NCBI GenBank assembly: GCA_030704615.1
Contig: CM060732.1
Coordinates: 30,132,001-30,196,000, forward strand
Length of the DNA stretch: 64,000 bases
From: Takakia lepidozioides
Taxonomy: Eukaryota; Plantae; Bryophyta
Direction of reading: 5' to 3'
Part shown: positions 41,741-53,932 of the stretch, in pieces
Layout of the letters: every line of letters begins with the position of its first letter
Numbering within the stretch: the stretch's first letter is position 1
Position numbers and translations under genes: made by a program
Notes under the pieces: model-generated
Database searches by the model: none
The model's input: only the letters and a program-made list of their open reading frames with translations
What the model was told of the DNA's origin: nothing

Positions 41741-42738
41741 CTGATACGAACAAATGACAATGCATAGGGACATATATTATAATGTGTCCTTGCAACCATA
41801 CACTTCATTATAAGCGAAATGCAAACACAACCTTCAATGTGTGTGTGCATCAATATGTCATTCAATAATCTACTATATGTGCGCGCACGTACGCATGCAA
41901 AGTTTCAAACCCAAACAAAATCATTTGCCCCCCCCAATGATGCATTCACCCTATCAAAATTTTGTTTATTAATGTGAAAGAAATCCTCATGCATTGCACC
42001 CAACAAACGGATGTGGCTCAGGCTTCATTTTTTCCTACATGTGTGCAACACCTGTACAAAGATCCAGCAGGAAAAAAAGAAAAAAAGAAAATGCCTCCCC
42101 AACGACGCACTCACCCTTGCACCATTTTTGAATTAAATGAATTAAAATAAATGTTTGCATTTAGAAAATATATGATTGCGGTTTTAGGGGGGTTTTATTT
42201 TTCTATTTTGTTCTCTGCCTTTGTTTGCCCCACATCCGTGCCCAAAAAATGAGACAAAAAATAAATGGAAAAAAAATAAGTGGTGTTTCTAGGGTCACTT
42301 TTGCAGGAACTCTCTGAAAAGTGCGTAAAGTTGTTTGATAACTCAACTTTGGAATGCCAATGACACGAACAGATCTGTTATGGGTCTGGTCCAAATGACT
42401 TTGTTTACTCCCCAAATTGCATCACATTGCATATGCTATCATTAGGCATATGGCTTAAAAATGGAATAAAAATCATCTCCACTGCGAAACGACAACCCCT
42501 TGTTATGACACGTAGCTGCGTTAACACTAGAATGACCCATTGAATCCCTTGATTCAAGCTTTTCATATCTTGGTCTCCTGTGCATAAGTATGTTTAGATC
42601 ACATATGCAAGTTGCAACCCCCACGGACACGTAAAAAATTTACATCAATCGATTACATCGGATATAAAAAGTTGTTTCCCATCTCTGAGACAATCTCCCT
42701 CTGCCCGTTACGTGATCCCTTCTCAAAGGAACCCTATT

Positions 42739-43243
42739 CTATATACACTCCTTCGCTTTTTTAATCGGAGGTCCCTCATCCCGGGAGAACTCGTATGATG
42801 CAAATAGTTCGCTGCCAGCCTTAATAGTCCCTACATCACACAACAGTGTCTGCATCTCCCTCCAATATACTGTCGTATGACCACAAAAGCTCTCATGCCA
42901 TCGCTTCGCTCGTCCCATACTATTGGTTCTCCTAGGATGATCCAAAAGACTATTGACCAGCCTGCAGCAACATATGCCGAAGATTGTCGGGGTCACCCAC
43001 CCACAAAATTGATCTCATAGGAGACCCCCCCGTCTTGTACATCTTCTCCGTGACACACAAAATGTTAGGTGGGATGTATGGGCTTCGAGGCGTAGGAACT
43101 CCGCGGAGGTGTAGTATGGACCGTAGTAGGGAACCCAATGTCCACCATGCTATTCTCCGAGGAGGAACCACAATATCATTGACCGTGAATAAACCCCGAC
43201 CCATAGCAGGGCTGACTCTGGCTCTCACACCACTACCGCTCAC
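42739..43243 (-). pseudogene. Degenerate SET-domain-like coding remnant inside the CACTA element
   Basis: Across frameshifts the minus strand reads GVRARVSPAMGRGLFTVNDIVVP..VPYYGPYY..GDP..LVNS..TN..GTIKAGSELFASY. This matches the order of SET motifs GxGLF / Y.G / (F)INS..N / I.xG.EL..Y. Confidence 0.55.
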
Positions 43244-43949
43244 CGATCTCGAACATCACATTTCTCTCGGGGGGTGGGAGGGGATTCGAGATGATTCCCC
43301 CACCACACGGGTGTGGTCCTCAGTCCTTTCCATTGGACTTGCCTTCCCATCGGCGGTCCGCCGGAGGAATCCGGCTGATGGCCAAGCCAGCCAGGGGAGG
43401 TCTCTAGGGCGACCTCTAGCCGCACCCCACCTTCGTGTTCGGGGGGCACCATGCACTGGTGGTGGAGGTGGAGGTGTACTTTTGTAATGTCGGAGGTGCA
43501 TCGGGGTACCGGGCTCGTCCATTACCAGAGGTGGACCAGGCAAAGAAACGACGTGGGAGGGGGGAGGCCACAATCAGGGGTACCGCCCACTGGGAAACTT
43601 GGGGGGGGGGGGGGGTGCTCCTCCCGTCCACTCGCCTACGACACCCCCCCTACGATCCTCCTCGACCCTGCGAGGGTCTGCATCTACGTGCAGGGGTGTG
43701 AATTAACCTTCACATCGGGCCATGCTTGGCACAAATTCTGCCAAGTAGACAAGGTGCGAGCGATGCGCCATCCAGTGTGCAATCGAGGAGTGTGCATCAG
43801 TCCTGCTGCAATGTGCGCTTAGTGAACGACGCATCAATACTTATGTCCGTAATTTTGATTCATGTTATGCTTACCAAGTCATACTATACTTATTAGATAA
43901 ACCTAAATGTACCTTAAATGAATGTTAATGAGAGGGGTGTGGAAAAACA

Positions 43950-44165
43950 CTCCCCTTTGCCCGCATCCGCAATCTTTTCTTCTTTGTAATGTTTTCGACA
44001 ACATTGTGACGCCTCCTGGTGGGTGGTGCCGTGCCCAGCGGTATCCGTCCCACACTTAGTGCACCAACACTCAATCCTGTCGGGGGGGGGGTTAAAGGTG
44101 GACGTTGTTTGGACTGGTGGCCCGCGAGGGGGCACCGCGGCGCCCGACTCGATCCTGAAGTGCAC
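43950..44165 (-). CDS. Small Cys/His exon (IECWCTKC...CRKH), similar to transposase-associated zinc-binding N-termini
   Basis: CxCxxC motif followed by a GT donor-like site; lies upstream of the SET-like remnant and Tnp2 on the same strand. Confidence 0.35.
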
Positions 44166-45019
44166 ATCCTCCGATCCCCGGCAATCTGGCCCTCCCTTTT
44201 AGATGTAGCCTCATACCTTTTAACCCCCCCCCCAACCAACCGTCAATCCAAACCCACCATAAAGAAAAGCAAACACCAATCCAACCGTCAACCAAAAAAA
44301 AAAAAAATAAAAACTAGAAACCCAAAAAGCCCCAACCTAAATCCAGAAAGGTGGCCGTCGCCTCCTGCGCACCATGCCACCCTGGCGTCGCATTTACGCG
44401 AGTTTTTTTTTTTTTTTTTGGGGGTCACAACCCCAGCGACGGACAGCGGGACGCAGGGGCGACGTGTTTTTTTTATGGGGCCGGGGGTCGCAAGAAACAA
44501 CGGCCAGCCGTCGCAATCTTCATTTTTACATTTTTAAAAAGGGCGGGCGCAGGCGTGCGACAGCCGGGCATCGCACGTGGGCGCCGCGCCCTTTTTTTTT
44601 CCCTAAGTGCTTCAAGCATCTCTTTCCCCTCCCGTTTTTGTTTGTTCTTTGGGAGAGAGGTAGTTCAGAGAGTGGGGTTTAGGGTGGAGGAGAAACGCAC
44701 CTACTGTTGAGCCCGAGGTGGTCGCAAGGCCCCAAGAAGTTTGCCCCAACGCTGCTCCAACGCCCAAGGTAAGCACCGCCTCCTCCCTCACTTTCTGTCT
44801 TTCTTTCTTGCCCTAAGCACGGGCTGATGTTTCTCTCCCATGTGTGGTAGGAACGCCGCGCAGAGGCGCGATCTAACGAGCTGAAGAGAGAGAGAGCCGT
44901 GGTGAGCGGGGAGAGACGCCCTGCAGTGGCGGGGACCCGCGTCGCTGGCAGCCGCGACAACACCGCAGCAGCTCGTCGCGCCAGCTTGCTTCAAGCACCA
45001 GCAGCAGCAGAGGTACGTC

Positions 45020-45965
45020 AGGGAAATTGCACTCTCCCTTTCCTCTCTGCTTCTGTTTACTGTTCAAATGTAGTCTTCCTGCCCTAACTTTAAATTTAGG
45101 TCTGGTGCCAAGAGTGGGATAGACCCTTGAGCGCATCCATGATGTCCTCCCCCATGTCACAGACTGGAAACAGGTTTCAGGGAAGTTTTCTTCCTAACTT
45201 CATTTTCATCGGACAATTTTCTGGTAACAGACATGGCTTTGGACACTACACTCTCTAAGTCAGGTTTATCCAGCAAGGTCAAGACTTGCGGGTCCAGATT
45301 CAGATTCTTGAGAATCTCTTTTACTCTCTTCTCCCAGGGCTCACCCTGTTTGACAGGGCGGTCCTGTTTCCAAGATATAGAGTCGATTAACTTAGGATAT
45401 CTGGTGTTGGACATATATTGCAGCTGAACCCACCATCTGACCTTGAATTTAGGGTGTCGGGAGCTTAAAAGAGAGCAGCACAGAAGAGAGGGAGAGAGAG
45501 GGGAGAAAGGGAGTGAGAGGGAGACATCAGGGGGCAACAAAGAAAAGAAAAGAAGGTGGGGGGGGGATGACTGAGCAGCTGCTGCTGCTCAGTCACCCCC
45601 CCCCCCCCCCACATTCTCTGTTTTTCTTTGTTGCCCCTCTCTTGGGGAAACAAAAGGGACAGATCCTACCTCTGTCAGGGGCTGACGTTGGTAGTAAGAC
45701 TCACCTTCACATATAGAATTAATCCGGGTTTTCCAGATATCCTCTACAAATCCTTTCACACAAGCATCAATTTGTTGTGTGTGAGTTGCCCAAAAACTAG
45801 GCCTCAGAAGGGGCCGGGCTTTTAGCTCAGCCTCGACTTTTTCAAAGTTAGTAAACAGAGGTACATGCACAATTCCCTTGATAGATTTGAAGAGAGCATC
45901 TCTTTGGTGAGAGAACCCCGGACAGTGTATCAGAAAATGAATAATGTCTTCAGGTTGCCCACAGA
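45020..45965 (-). mobile_element. Rearranged non-LTR retrotransposon (LINE) 3' fragments, an inverted copy of 51420-52119
   Basis: Minus-strand peptides DKPDLESVVSKAM..KFKVRAG..RGKGECN and CGQPEDIIHFLIHCPGF match the plus-strand ORF 51448-52119, with the two segments in swapped order. Confidence 0.75.
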
Positions 45966-45985
45966 CATGGTTGGACATGGTTCTG

Positions 45986-47055
45986 CCTCTTTCCTTCCTT
46001 GATTTTTGAAGAACAACTGTAATGCTTTCTATGATGGGCTAGTTCGGCCCAGCCAGTGGAAAACCTCTGTTATGTTGTGACAGGCGGGTTTATGATGGCT
46101 TGTGTGAGAGACACACATCTGTTTTCCAGGCCCTAGTTTGCTTTGCTTACCTTATGGTAGTTGGAAACAAATTGAGGCTGCAAGGAACTGTTTGCTGCAG
46201 CTACTCGGGTACCTCTGTTGGTAAAAGGCCCCTGTTATGTTCCAACCCAGATGGCTTTGTTAGCTAGATACTTAGGCCAGGGTATGGTGAAGTTTATGCC
46301 TGTGGCTATTCGGCTGACACTGAAATATGGCAGTAATATAAATGGTAACTAGTTTTTGAGGCAGCCAGGGTGGTCAAGTGGAAATACCCCCTGGACATGG
46401 TGTAATGACATGGTCAAATGTGGAATGATGTGAAGGGTGTATTGACAGTATCATATACTGTCACAGGATGTGTATATAGTCCTTTATATTTACCTTGATG
46501 TGTCATGAGCTTTGATTTTCAGCTGTAGCAAGAAATAAAGGTATAGGGATGTTCTGGAAAACTTACCAGACATATCCACATCCCTTGTGGGGGCAAACTG
46601 TACTGCACACCAGTCTAAACAAATACTGGCAAGGTAAGGTATTTAAATCTGTGATATCCAAGTTCTTTTTTAAGAAAACCCTCCATGACACCCATGGGGT
46701 TTTAGTAAGTATGCTTGGATTACAGCTTGCAGACAGTAAATCTGTATGACTATGTGACCTGCACCACATCAAGGCCAAAATATGGCCAAGTACCCGCCAT
46801 CCCACCCAGACCTCTGTAAGTGTATCATGATCTTGACTGGTGGTCAATCAATATCAATGGCATACTCTCTGGATTATGAATAATACTGACATGAACACAT
46901 TACTGTGCATGGATGTAATTCTGGATTTTCTAAGCTCGATGATTGATGGATGGCACCACTGTTAAGTGGCTGATATGTCTATTTATTCTTTCATGACATC
47001 GACCCTAGGGGTCCTGTCTTTGTCTTGACATGACAAAGAGTATCTTCCCTCTCTT
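45986..47055 (+). repeat. ~1.07-kb direct repeat, copy 1
   Basis: Highly similar to 50320-51400; no TG...CA ends. Confidence 0.92.
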
Positions 47056-47079
47056 ACTGTCCAGTATGCTTAGTGGTTT

Positions 47080-48780
47080 TTGCATACACTATCCCTTGGT
47101 CACCAGGCTAAATTTCCAGTTTATGTGCAGAGTTCCACCAAACAGACTCCGGAATGGATTGCTGAGCTGCAGACCATGGGATATCAGCCACCGCTGCCCC
47201 CTCCAATCCCTGCTATTCAGGCTGTGTTGGCACAAACAAAGCCAACGGACTTCCATGCTAAAGTGCAAGCATTGGACTCAGCAGCTATTGATTCAGTGAT
47301 GACAATCCAATCCTGTTGCTTGAGACTTTGGCCCTAGAGGACTGGGTTAAGCTGTCCCTATCTGCAAATAAAAATGGCAAGTACATGATCAGGCTGATTG
47401 ACTATCATGACGTATGCCTACTATCCTTGAAGAGGATACCAAAGAACTCTCGGAATGTGGTCTTAAAGGAGAAAAGATTGAGGCTGCACTAAGTCTGGCT
47501 AACCCTGAAGACGAACAGGCCCCTTCTACCCGGAAATCGCCCTCCAATGCTGAGCAGGATTTTACCCCCTCCGTCACCAATCACCCGCTTCTAAGTCACA
47601 TGTGTCTTCCCGAACATGAAATTGATGCGGTGAAGGATTTCTGTGAGCATGTGGAAATGTCACAGGTGGAACAAGACAGGGCAGCAGGCGCTACCCCGGG
47701 GAATCAGCAATTTGTCCCTTGGACACCCCCTTGCTCTGTTGAGCTCGACGTGGCCAACAACGAGCACATGATGTGGCACCCGCAAGCCAACATCAACCTC
47801 TTAGCACCCATCTCCATCGAGATGTGGATGAAGTGGGGTAACATCACTGATGCTGAACACCTACATTGTTATCAGGATGCTATAGATGGTTTCCAGAGAT
47901 TCAAAAAGGAGCCCATCGCTGTTGCATGACCCTTAAAAACATTTTATTATAAGTTATGTGACAAATGGGACAATATCGCTCTTAGGACCAAAAATGATCC
48001 CCCTATTGGATCAGTCCGTTCCCGGAATCACAAAAGCCAACTCTGGAACTGGCACATGCCATACCTAAGATGTAATTGTGGACCTGGTGCTGCTCCGTCT
48101 GGATGTGTTGGAAGTGTGGCTTGGTTCGATCATTTGGTCTGGTACATGATTAACCATCTTGGGGCTTTATTTCCCGATGCAACATACCCCACAGCACAAA
48201 GCAAGTACTATAGCTTCATTGTATGGCTGATGAGGGCTGCCAAATCTGCAATACTGGCTCAGATAACATTCCAAATGATCCAGGAGCTCCTTTTGGAAGC
48301 AGCAGAATCTTTTGCCGATAACCCCAAGGCAAAATTGCTTGATAAGCTACTGGACTCCAAAGGGCTAGATTCATTGAGAGATTGATCAAACCTAAATCTT
48401 TCTCCGACAGCCTCCCCAAACCTGCGTTTAATAGCTATAAACGGCAACGCATTGAAGGGAACACTTTCCAGCAAACAGGGAGACCCAACAGGGGCAGGGG
48501 TGCTAATTTCAGAGGACGTAGGGGCTACCAAAGAGGTGGCAGGTTCGGGCAGAAACAACAATCTTTCTCCAACTCCGAGAATGCTAAGTCCGTAACTAGA
48601 ACATCCAATGGAGGCTTTGGATCCAATTCCTGCTCCACAATCGACATTGGGAGCCATGGGTCGAACCGATCCAGACAGATGGCAGGAGAGTTCTCCCCAA
48701 TCCACAAGAGGAACTTTGATGCCTGGGAATGATCATTGACAACCTAAAAATGGTATGTCCTTTCCCTTATGTATGCAGAT
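47080..48780 (+). pseudogene. Degenerate gag-like ORF, possibly from a DIRS/tyrosine-recombinase retroelement
   Basis: Long interrupted reading frame ending in an RG-rich tail (RGRGANFRGRRGYQRGGRF). It is followed by FDAWE..IIDNLKNGMSFP, which recalls the start of DIRS RT ORFs. No RT or recombinase core is visible. Confidence 0.35.
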
Positions 48781-50319
48781 TTGTTGACTTTTGATGGAAC
48801 AAAAAGAAAGAAAACCATGCATAAAGCAGCTGGTTTCTTACACATGTAATACCTTGAATAAACTAGTTTTATTTCGGGGTCTATGCTCAATACATACCCC
48901 AATCACACCATTAAGGTTGATATACTTGTTTCGGATACCCAGTTTGTCTAAAGGTAGCCTGATAATCCTTTTCAGGACATCTTCCGAAGGATTGGCATAT
49001 GAGCAGGGAGAGTTTGCCCTTTTAGAGAGGAGTTTGGTATGCACTCCCTTACGGGGTGAGTGCATACCACACTCACTCCGTAAGGGCCTGCCATACCAGG
49101 GGTTGGATGGTGGGGACACTGGGCTTATGGAATTGTTGTCCCGACTTCCATCCTTGAGGAAATTGAAAAAAAATTGCAAAATTGGGTTGCAGGGAATTTT
49201 GGATGTTTTTTATCCAAAATAATTTTTTAATTATATTTTTTTAGTGAAATATTTCTTCACTATAAAACTTGTGAGTTGCAAAACTCCCGTCAGTTTCTAC
49301 TTTTTCAATCCAACCTGGATGAAAAAAAGACTTCATCTGACAGGACCTAAATACAGGGCAAATGTTTTTTTTTTAAAAAACCCCCCATGTTTTTCATCTA
49401 ACCTAGATGAAATACGGACTACATCCGTTGAGTACAAGACAGGATGAAAGCACGATGTCTTTCATCTTCCACGAATGAGAAATGGACTACGTCCGTCGGA
49501 CGGACAGACTGGCGGATGTTTTTCATCCTGAGAAGGATGAATGACGGGCCAGATAGGGGAAAACCCTGCGCAACCCTAATGTCTTTCTTTTTGCGCTGCG
49601 AGAGCGCGCGCGATGGCGGCTTGTGAGGAGCGATGGTGCTCGTGCTGCAAATACCTTGAGCTGCCAATCCTTGAGTATTTATGGCTCCCGTGAGCGACGC
49701 CTGGGCGGGCTCTTTAAGGCGATGGCGGTGGCTTAGTGATGAGGGAAGATTCCCTGTCTCAGTTGTCTGTTTTTTTGGCTGCACAAGGGAACCGCGGCAG
49801 TGATGGCGGAGGCACCACCTGCATGCCTAGGACGTTTCCCTAGGAGCCCTCCTCTGGATCTTTGATGAATGGCGGCACAAGGAAGTCTCTCTCCCTCCCT
49901 TTATAAACCCTACCTTTTGGGACCAAGCTCTTTTTTTCTTGTGCTTGGCAAGACCTTGCTTTGGTTAAGGTAGCAGTGCTGTTGTGTTGGCGGAGTCCTC
50001 CCTGCACGGTTAGGCTTTTATTTTTTCGGTTGGTTTTGCTTCCTTGCTTGCTTTGGCATTCTCTGTGCTTAGATTGAAGTGTATTTGACCTCGATAGCAA
50101 GTGTGGAAGCCTGCTACTCACCTCGTGCATCCTCACTAACTCACAATGCGTTGTGGTTGTTTTTGGGACGGGCACAGGTGAGGGCTTCCACTTAATATTC
50201 TGATGTCTAGGTGCTGCTGGATGCCAAGTGGGATTGCAGAGTAGGGGAAATAATCGCTTGCCAGGGACTCATCCTAAAATGTTGAAAAACTAAACTACTC
50301 TATGGTTTTCTTGATCCTA

Positions 50320-51400
50320 CCTCTTTCCTTCATTGATTTTTGAAGAACAAGTGTAATACTTTCTACGATGGGCTAGTTCGGCCCAGCCAGTGGAAAACCT
50401 CTGTTATGTTGTGACAGTCGGGTTTATGATGGCTTGTGTGAGAGACACATATCTGTTTTCCAGGCCCTAGTTTGCTTTGCTTACCTTATGGTAGTTGGAA
50501 ACAAATTGAGAGGCTGCAAGGAACTGTTTGCTGCAGCTACTCGGGTACCTTTGTTGGTAAAAGGCCCCTGTTATGTTCCAACCCAGATGGCTTTGTTAGC
50601 TAGATGCTTAGGCCAGGGTATGGTGAAGTTTCTACCTGTGGCTATTCGGCTGACACTGAAATATGGCAGTAATATAAATGGTAACTAGTTTTTGAGGCAG
50701 CCAGGGTGGTCAAGTGGAAATACCCCCTGGACATGGTGTAATGACATGGTCAAATGTGGAATGATGTGAAGGGTGTACTGACAGTATCATATACTGTCAC
50801 AGGATGTTTATGCAGTCCTTTATATTTACCTTGCTGTGTCATGAGCTTTGATTTTCAGCTGTAGCAAGAAATAAAGGTATAGGGGTGTTCTGGAAAACTT
50901 ACCAGACATATCTACATCCCCTGTGGGGGCAAGTTGTACTGCACACCAGTCTAAAACAAAATACTGGCAAGGCGAGGTATTTAAACCTGTGTTATCCAAG
51001 TGTTCCTTTCTTTTCTAGGAAAACCCTCCATGACACCCATGGGGTTTTAGTAAGTATGCTTGGATTACAGCTTGCAGACAGTAAATATGTATGACTATGT
51101 GACCTGCACCACATCAAGGCCAAAATATGGCCGAGTACCCGCCATCCCACCCAGACCTCTGTAAGTGTATCATGATCTTGACTGGTGGTCAATCAGCATC
51201 AGTGGCATACTCTCTGGATTATGAATAATATTGACATGAACACATTACTGTGCATGGATGCAATTCTGGATTTTCTAAGCTTGATGATTGATGGATGGTG
51301 CCACTGTTAAGTGGCTGATATGTCTATTTATTCTTTCATGACATCGACCCTAGGGGTCCTGTCTTTGTCTTGACATGACAAAAAGTATCTTCCCTCTCTT
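50320..51400 (+). repeat. ~1.08-kb direct repeat, copy 2
   Basis: Highly similar to 45986-47055. Confidence 0.92.
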
Positions 51401-51419
51401 TTTTTAACTTTTTCTGCAG

Positions 51420-52119
51420 AGGGGTCAACTCTGAGGTTAAGAAAACCATGCTTTGTCGCATTATTAGACCTGCCTTGGAGTACGGATCTGCAATATGGGT
51501 TGATAAATCTGACTTAGAGGCTGTAGTGTCCAAAGCCATGTCTGTTGTCATGAGATTGTCTGATGAAAATGAAGTTAGACAGAAAACTTCCCTGAACTTG
51601 TTTCCAGTCAGCGACATGGGGGAGGACATCTTGGATGACCTCAAGGGTCTACCCACTCTTCGCACTAGACTGAAATTTAAACTCAGGGCAGGAAGCCTAC
51701 CTTTGAAGAAGCAGAGAGGAAAGGGAGAGTGCAATTGCCCGTTGTGTGGGCAATCTGAAGACAGTACTCATTTTCTGATACAGTGTCCGGGGTTCTCTCA
51801 CCAAAGAGACGCTCTCTTCAAATCTATCAAGGGAATTGTGCCTGTACCTCTGTTTACCAACTTTGAAAGTCTCAAGGCTGAGCCAAAAGTCCAGGCCCTC
51901 CTGAGGCCTAGTTATTGGGCAAATCACACACAGCAGTTTGATGCTTGTGTGAAGGGATTTCTAGAGGATATCTGGAAAACCCAGATTAATTCTATATATG
52001 AAGGTAAGTCTTACTACCAACGTCAGCCCCTGACAGAGGCAGGTTCTGAACCTTTTTTTTCCGCTCAAACTGGGCGCGGGGTCAATGGCCACAAGGCTAC
52101 GGCAAACAACGTCTTATGA
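51420..52119 (+). mobile_element. LINE ORF2 C-terminal fragment (RT thumb plus CCHC zinc finger), internally deleted
   Basis: IIRPALEYGSAIW, KFKLRAGSLPL, CPLCGQSEDSTHFLIQCP. Confidence 0.78.
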
Positions 52120-52329
52120 GTACAATCTTTTAACTTTTTCTGCACCCTCTCTCCCTTGTGGTTTGTTTACTTTTGTGAACAGCAGGGAGAGAGAGAGAGA
52201 GAGAGGGAGAGGGAGAGGGAGAGAGGTAGAGAGGGACAGAGAGAGGGAGAGATCAGGAAACCAAAAAAAAAAAAAAATGGGGGGGGGGGGGAGTGACTCA
52301 ACCCCCGACATGCTTGGTTTTTCAGCAAA

Positions 52330-53932
52330 GAAGGGCCTGGACTATGGGGCGCCGCCGCCGGCTATGCTCCACATCTGGAATCTACTTCCAGTGGCGCTCC
52401 GAGAGGGGATAGAGCGGGCACATCCGGAAACGGGGACTCCTCCCACATCGGGTGACACCAGGGGCGAGTCGGACAAGCTTGCAAAGGTACAACTGTCGCA
52501 CCTTGTTCCATGATTTATCCTTTCCTTTGCATGCATGATTTTCTTTGTTGTTTGTTTCTTTTTTTGAATTTGGAGGGGTTATTTGTCTTCAAGAGGCAGT
52601 AACATGGCTGGCCTCATTGGTGCAGTCCAGTGGGGTTGCCAATGAGGGAGAGCACGTGGTGTTCATGAAGGACCCGAACACCAAAGGTAAGAAGAAGAGG
52701 CCTCGATCTCCCGAGATCCTTTTTACCATCAATGAAGGGGCTGTCGAGGAGAGAGAGAGAAGGGAGAGGGAGAAGGAGAGAGAGGAAGTAGCGGGGAAGG
52801 GGAAGGAGATGGTCGTGGAGAAGGAGAAAGAAAAGAAGAAGAAGAAAAAGAAGTCCCATGGAGAGGAAGAGGTGAGTGTGCATGCGGAGGAGGGCAGTGG
52901 GGTAACAAAGGAGCAAACAAAGGAGGCTACAAAAAAAGGAGAGGGTGGGATGGCCTTGGCGATACAGGACGTGGAGTTGGCAAAGATCGTGGTGCCACCG
53001 GTGGAGGTGAATCGCCATGGTGACCCCTGCGGTGCGATCTGGGAGGCTATGAAGAAACTAGCCTTCGAACTCGCATTGAGGTGGTTCCCTTTGCACATCG
53101 AGTGGGCTGATCAGCACTTTGGCGTGAAGCGGGCGTATGCCCGGGAGTTAGACTGCCGATTTCCAGGCAATTGGAGTGACACAAGGGTGATGGAGATGGT
53201 GGGGCGAAACTTGAAGGACAGGAGGTACCGTGCCAGACAGATCATTCGGCGGGCAATGGAAAAGGGGGCCATACCCAAACCACCTTATAGAATTATACAG
53301 GTTGGCAAATCCTGAATCATGTCACCTTCCATTTGTCGCATGTGCATTAATGAGGTGGATTCGATGCAACGTATGTGTATGATTCACTAATTGTTGGGGG
53401 GGTGCATAGGTATCGTGGGATGCACTCATTGCGGGAGAGACTGATGCCGCAAACAAGGCCAAATTTGATCGGGCACGCGAAGCAACAACAGTCCGCCTTG
53501 ACAAGCACGAATCCACACACAAGTGGGGCGCCGGCGGATCCAAGGGTTTTATCTTGCGATTTGTAAGTCGTACTTCCCTGTGGATTTTGTTATGTCTTTT
53601 TTCTGGCTCCATCATCGCAAAGAACTGACTTTAATTTGTGGCATGTGTAACAACGCGCGTTTGAGAGGAAGCCATCTCCAGTAGAGTACAACTACGCCAA
53701 GGAGCATGGTTGGCAATCCCTCATGAAGAACATGGGCAACACAGAGGGGATGAGTGCACTACATGGCACTAGTATGGATGAGGTCGAGGGTCATGCCCAG
53801 GGATTGGATGAGAGCTCTGTGGGACTTAGGGGAACGCCGCCTCATTTACGTGCTCTGGCAAAGGGCGCGGAGTCATCAGGCTCATCGGACAGCTCTGAGT
53901 CCTCCACTGAGGATGAGGATGAGGATGACTAG
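52330..53932 (+). pseudogene. CACTA ORF2 / TnpA-like (Ptta/En/Spm, Transposase_24-like) gene
   Basis: VEVNRHGDPCG..W..Q..LKDRRYRAR..PP, then an exon VSWDALI..KAKFDRAREA..THKWGAGG. Lies directly inside the CACTA terminus. Confidence 0.6.

Noticed and set aside
45986-51400. Canonical LTR pair
   Set aside because: No TG...CA termini, PBS, PPT or TSD found.
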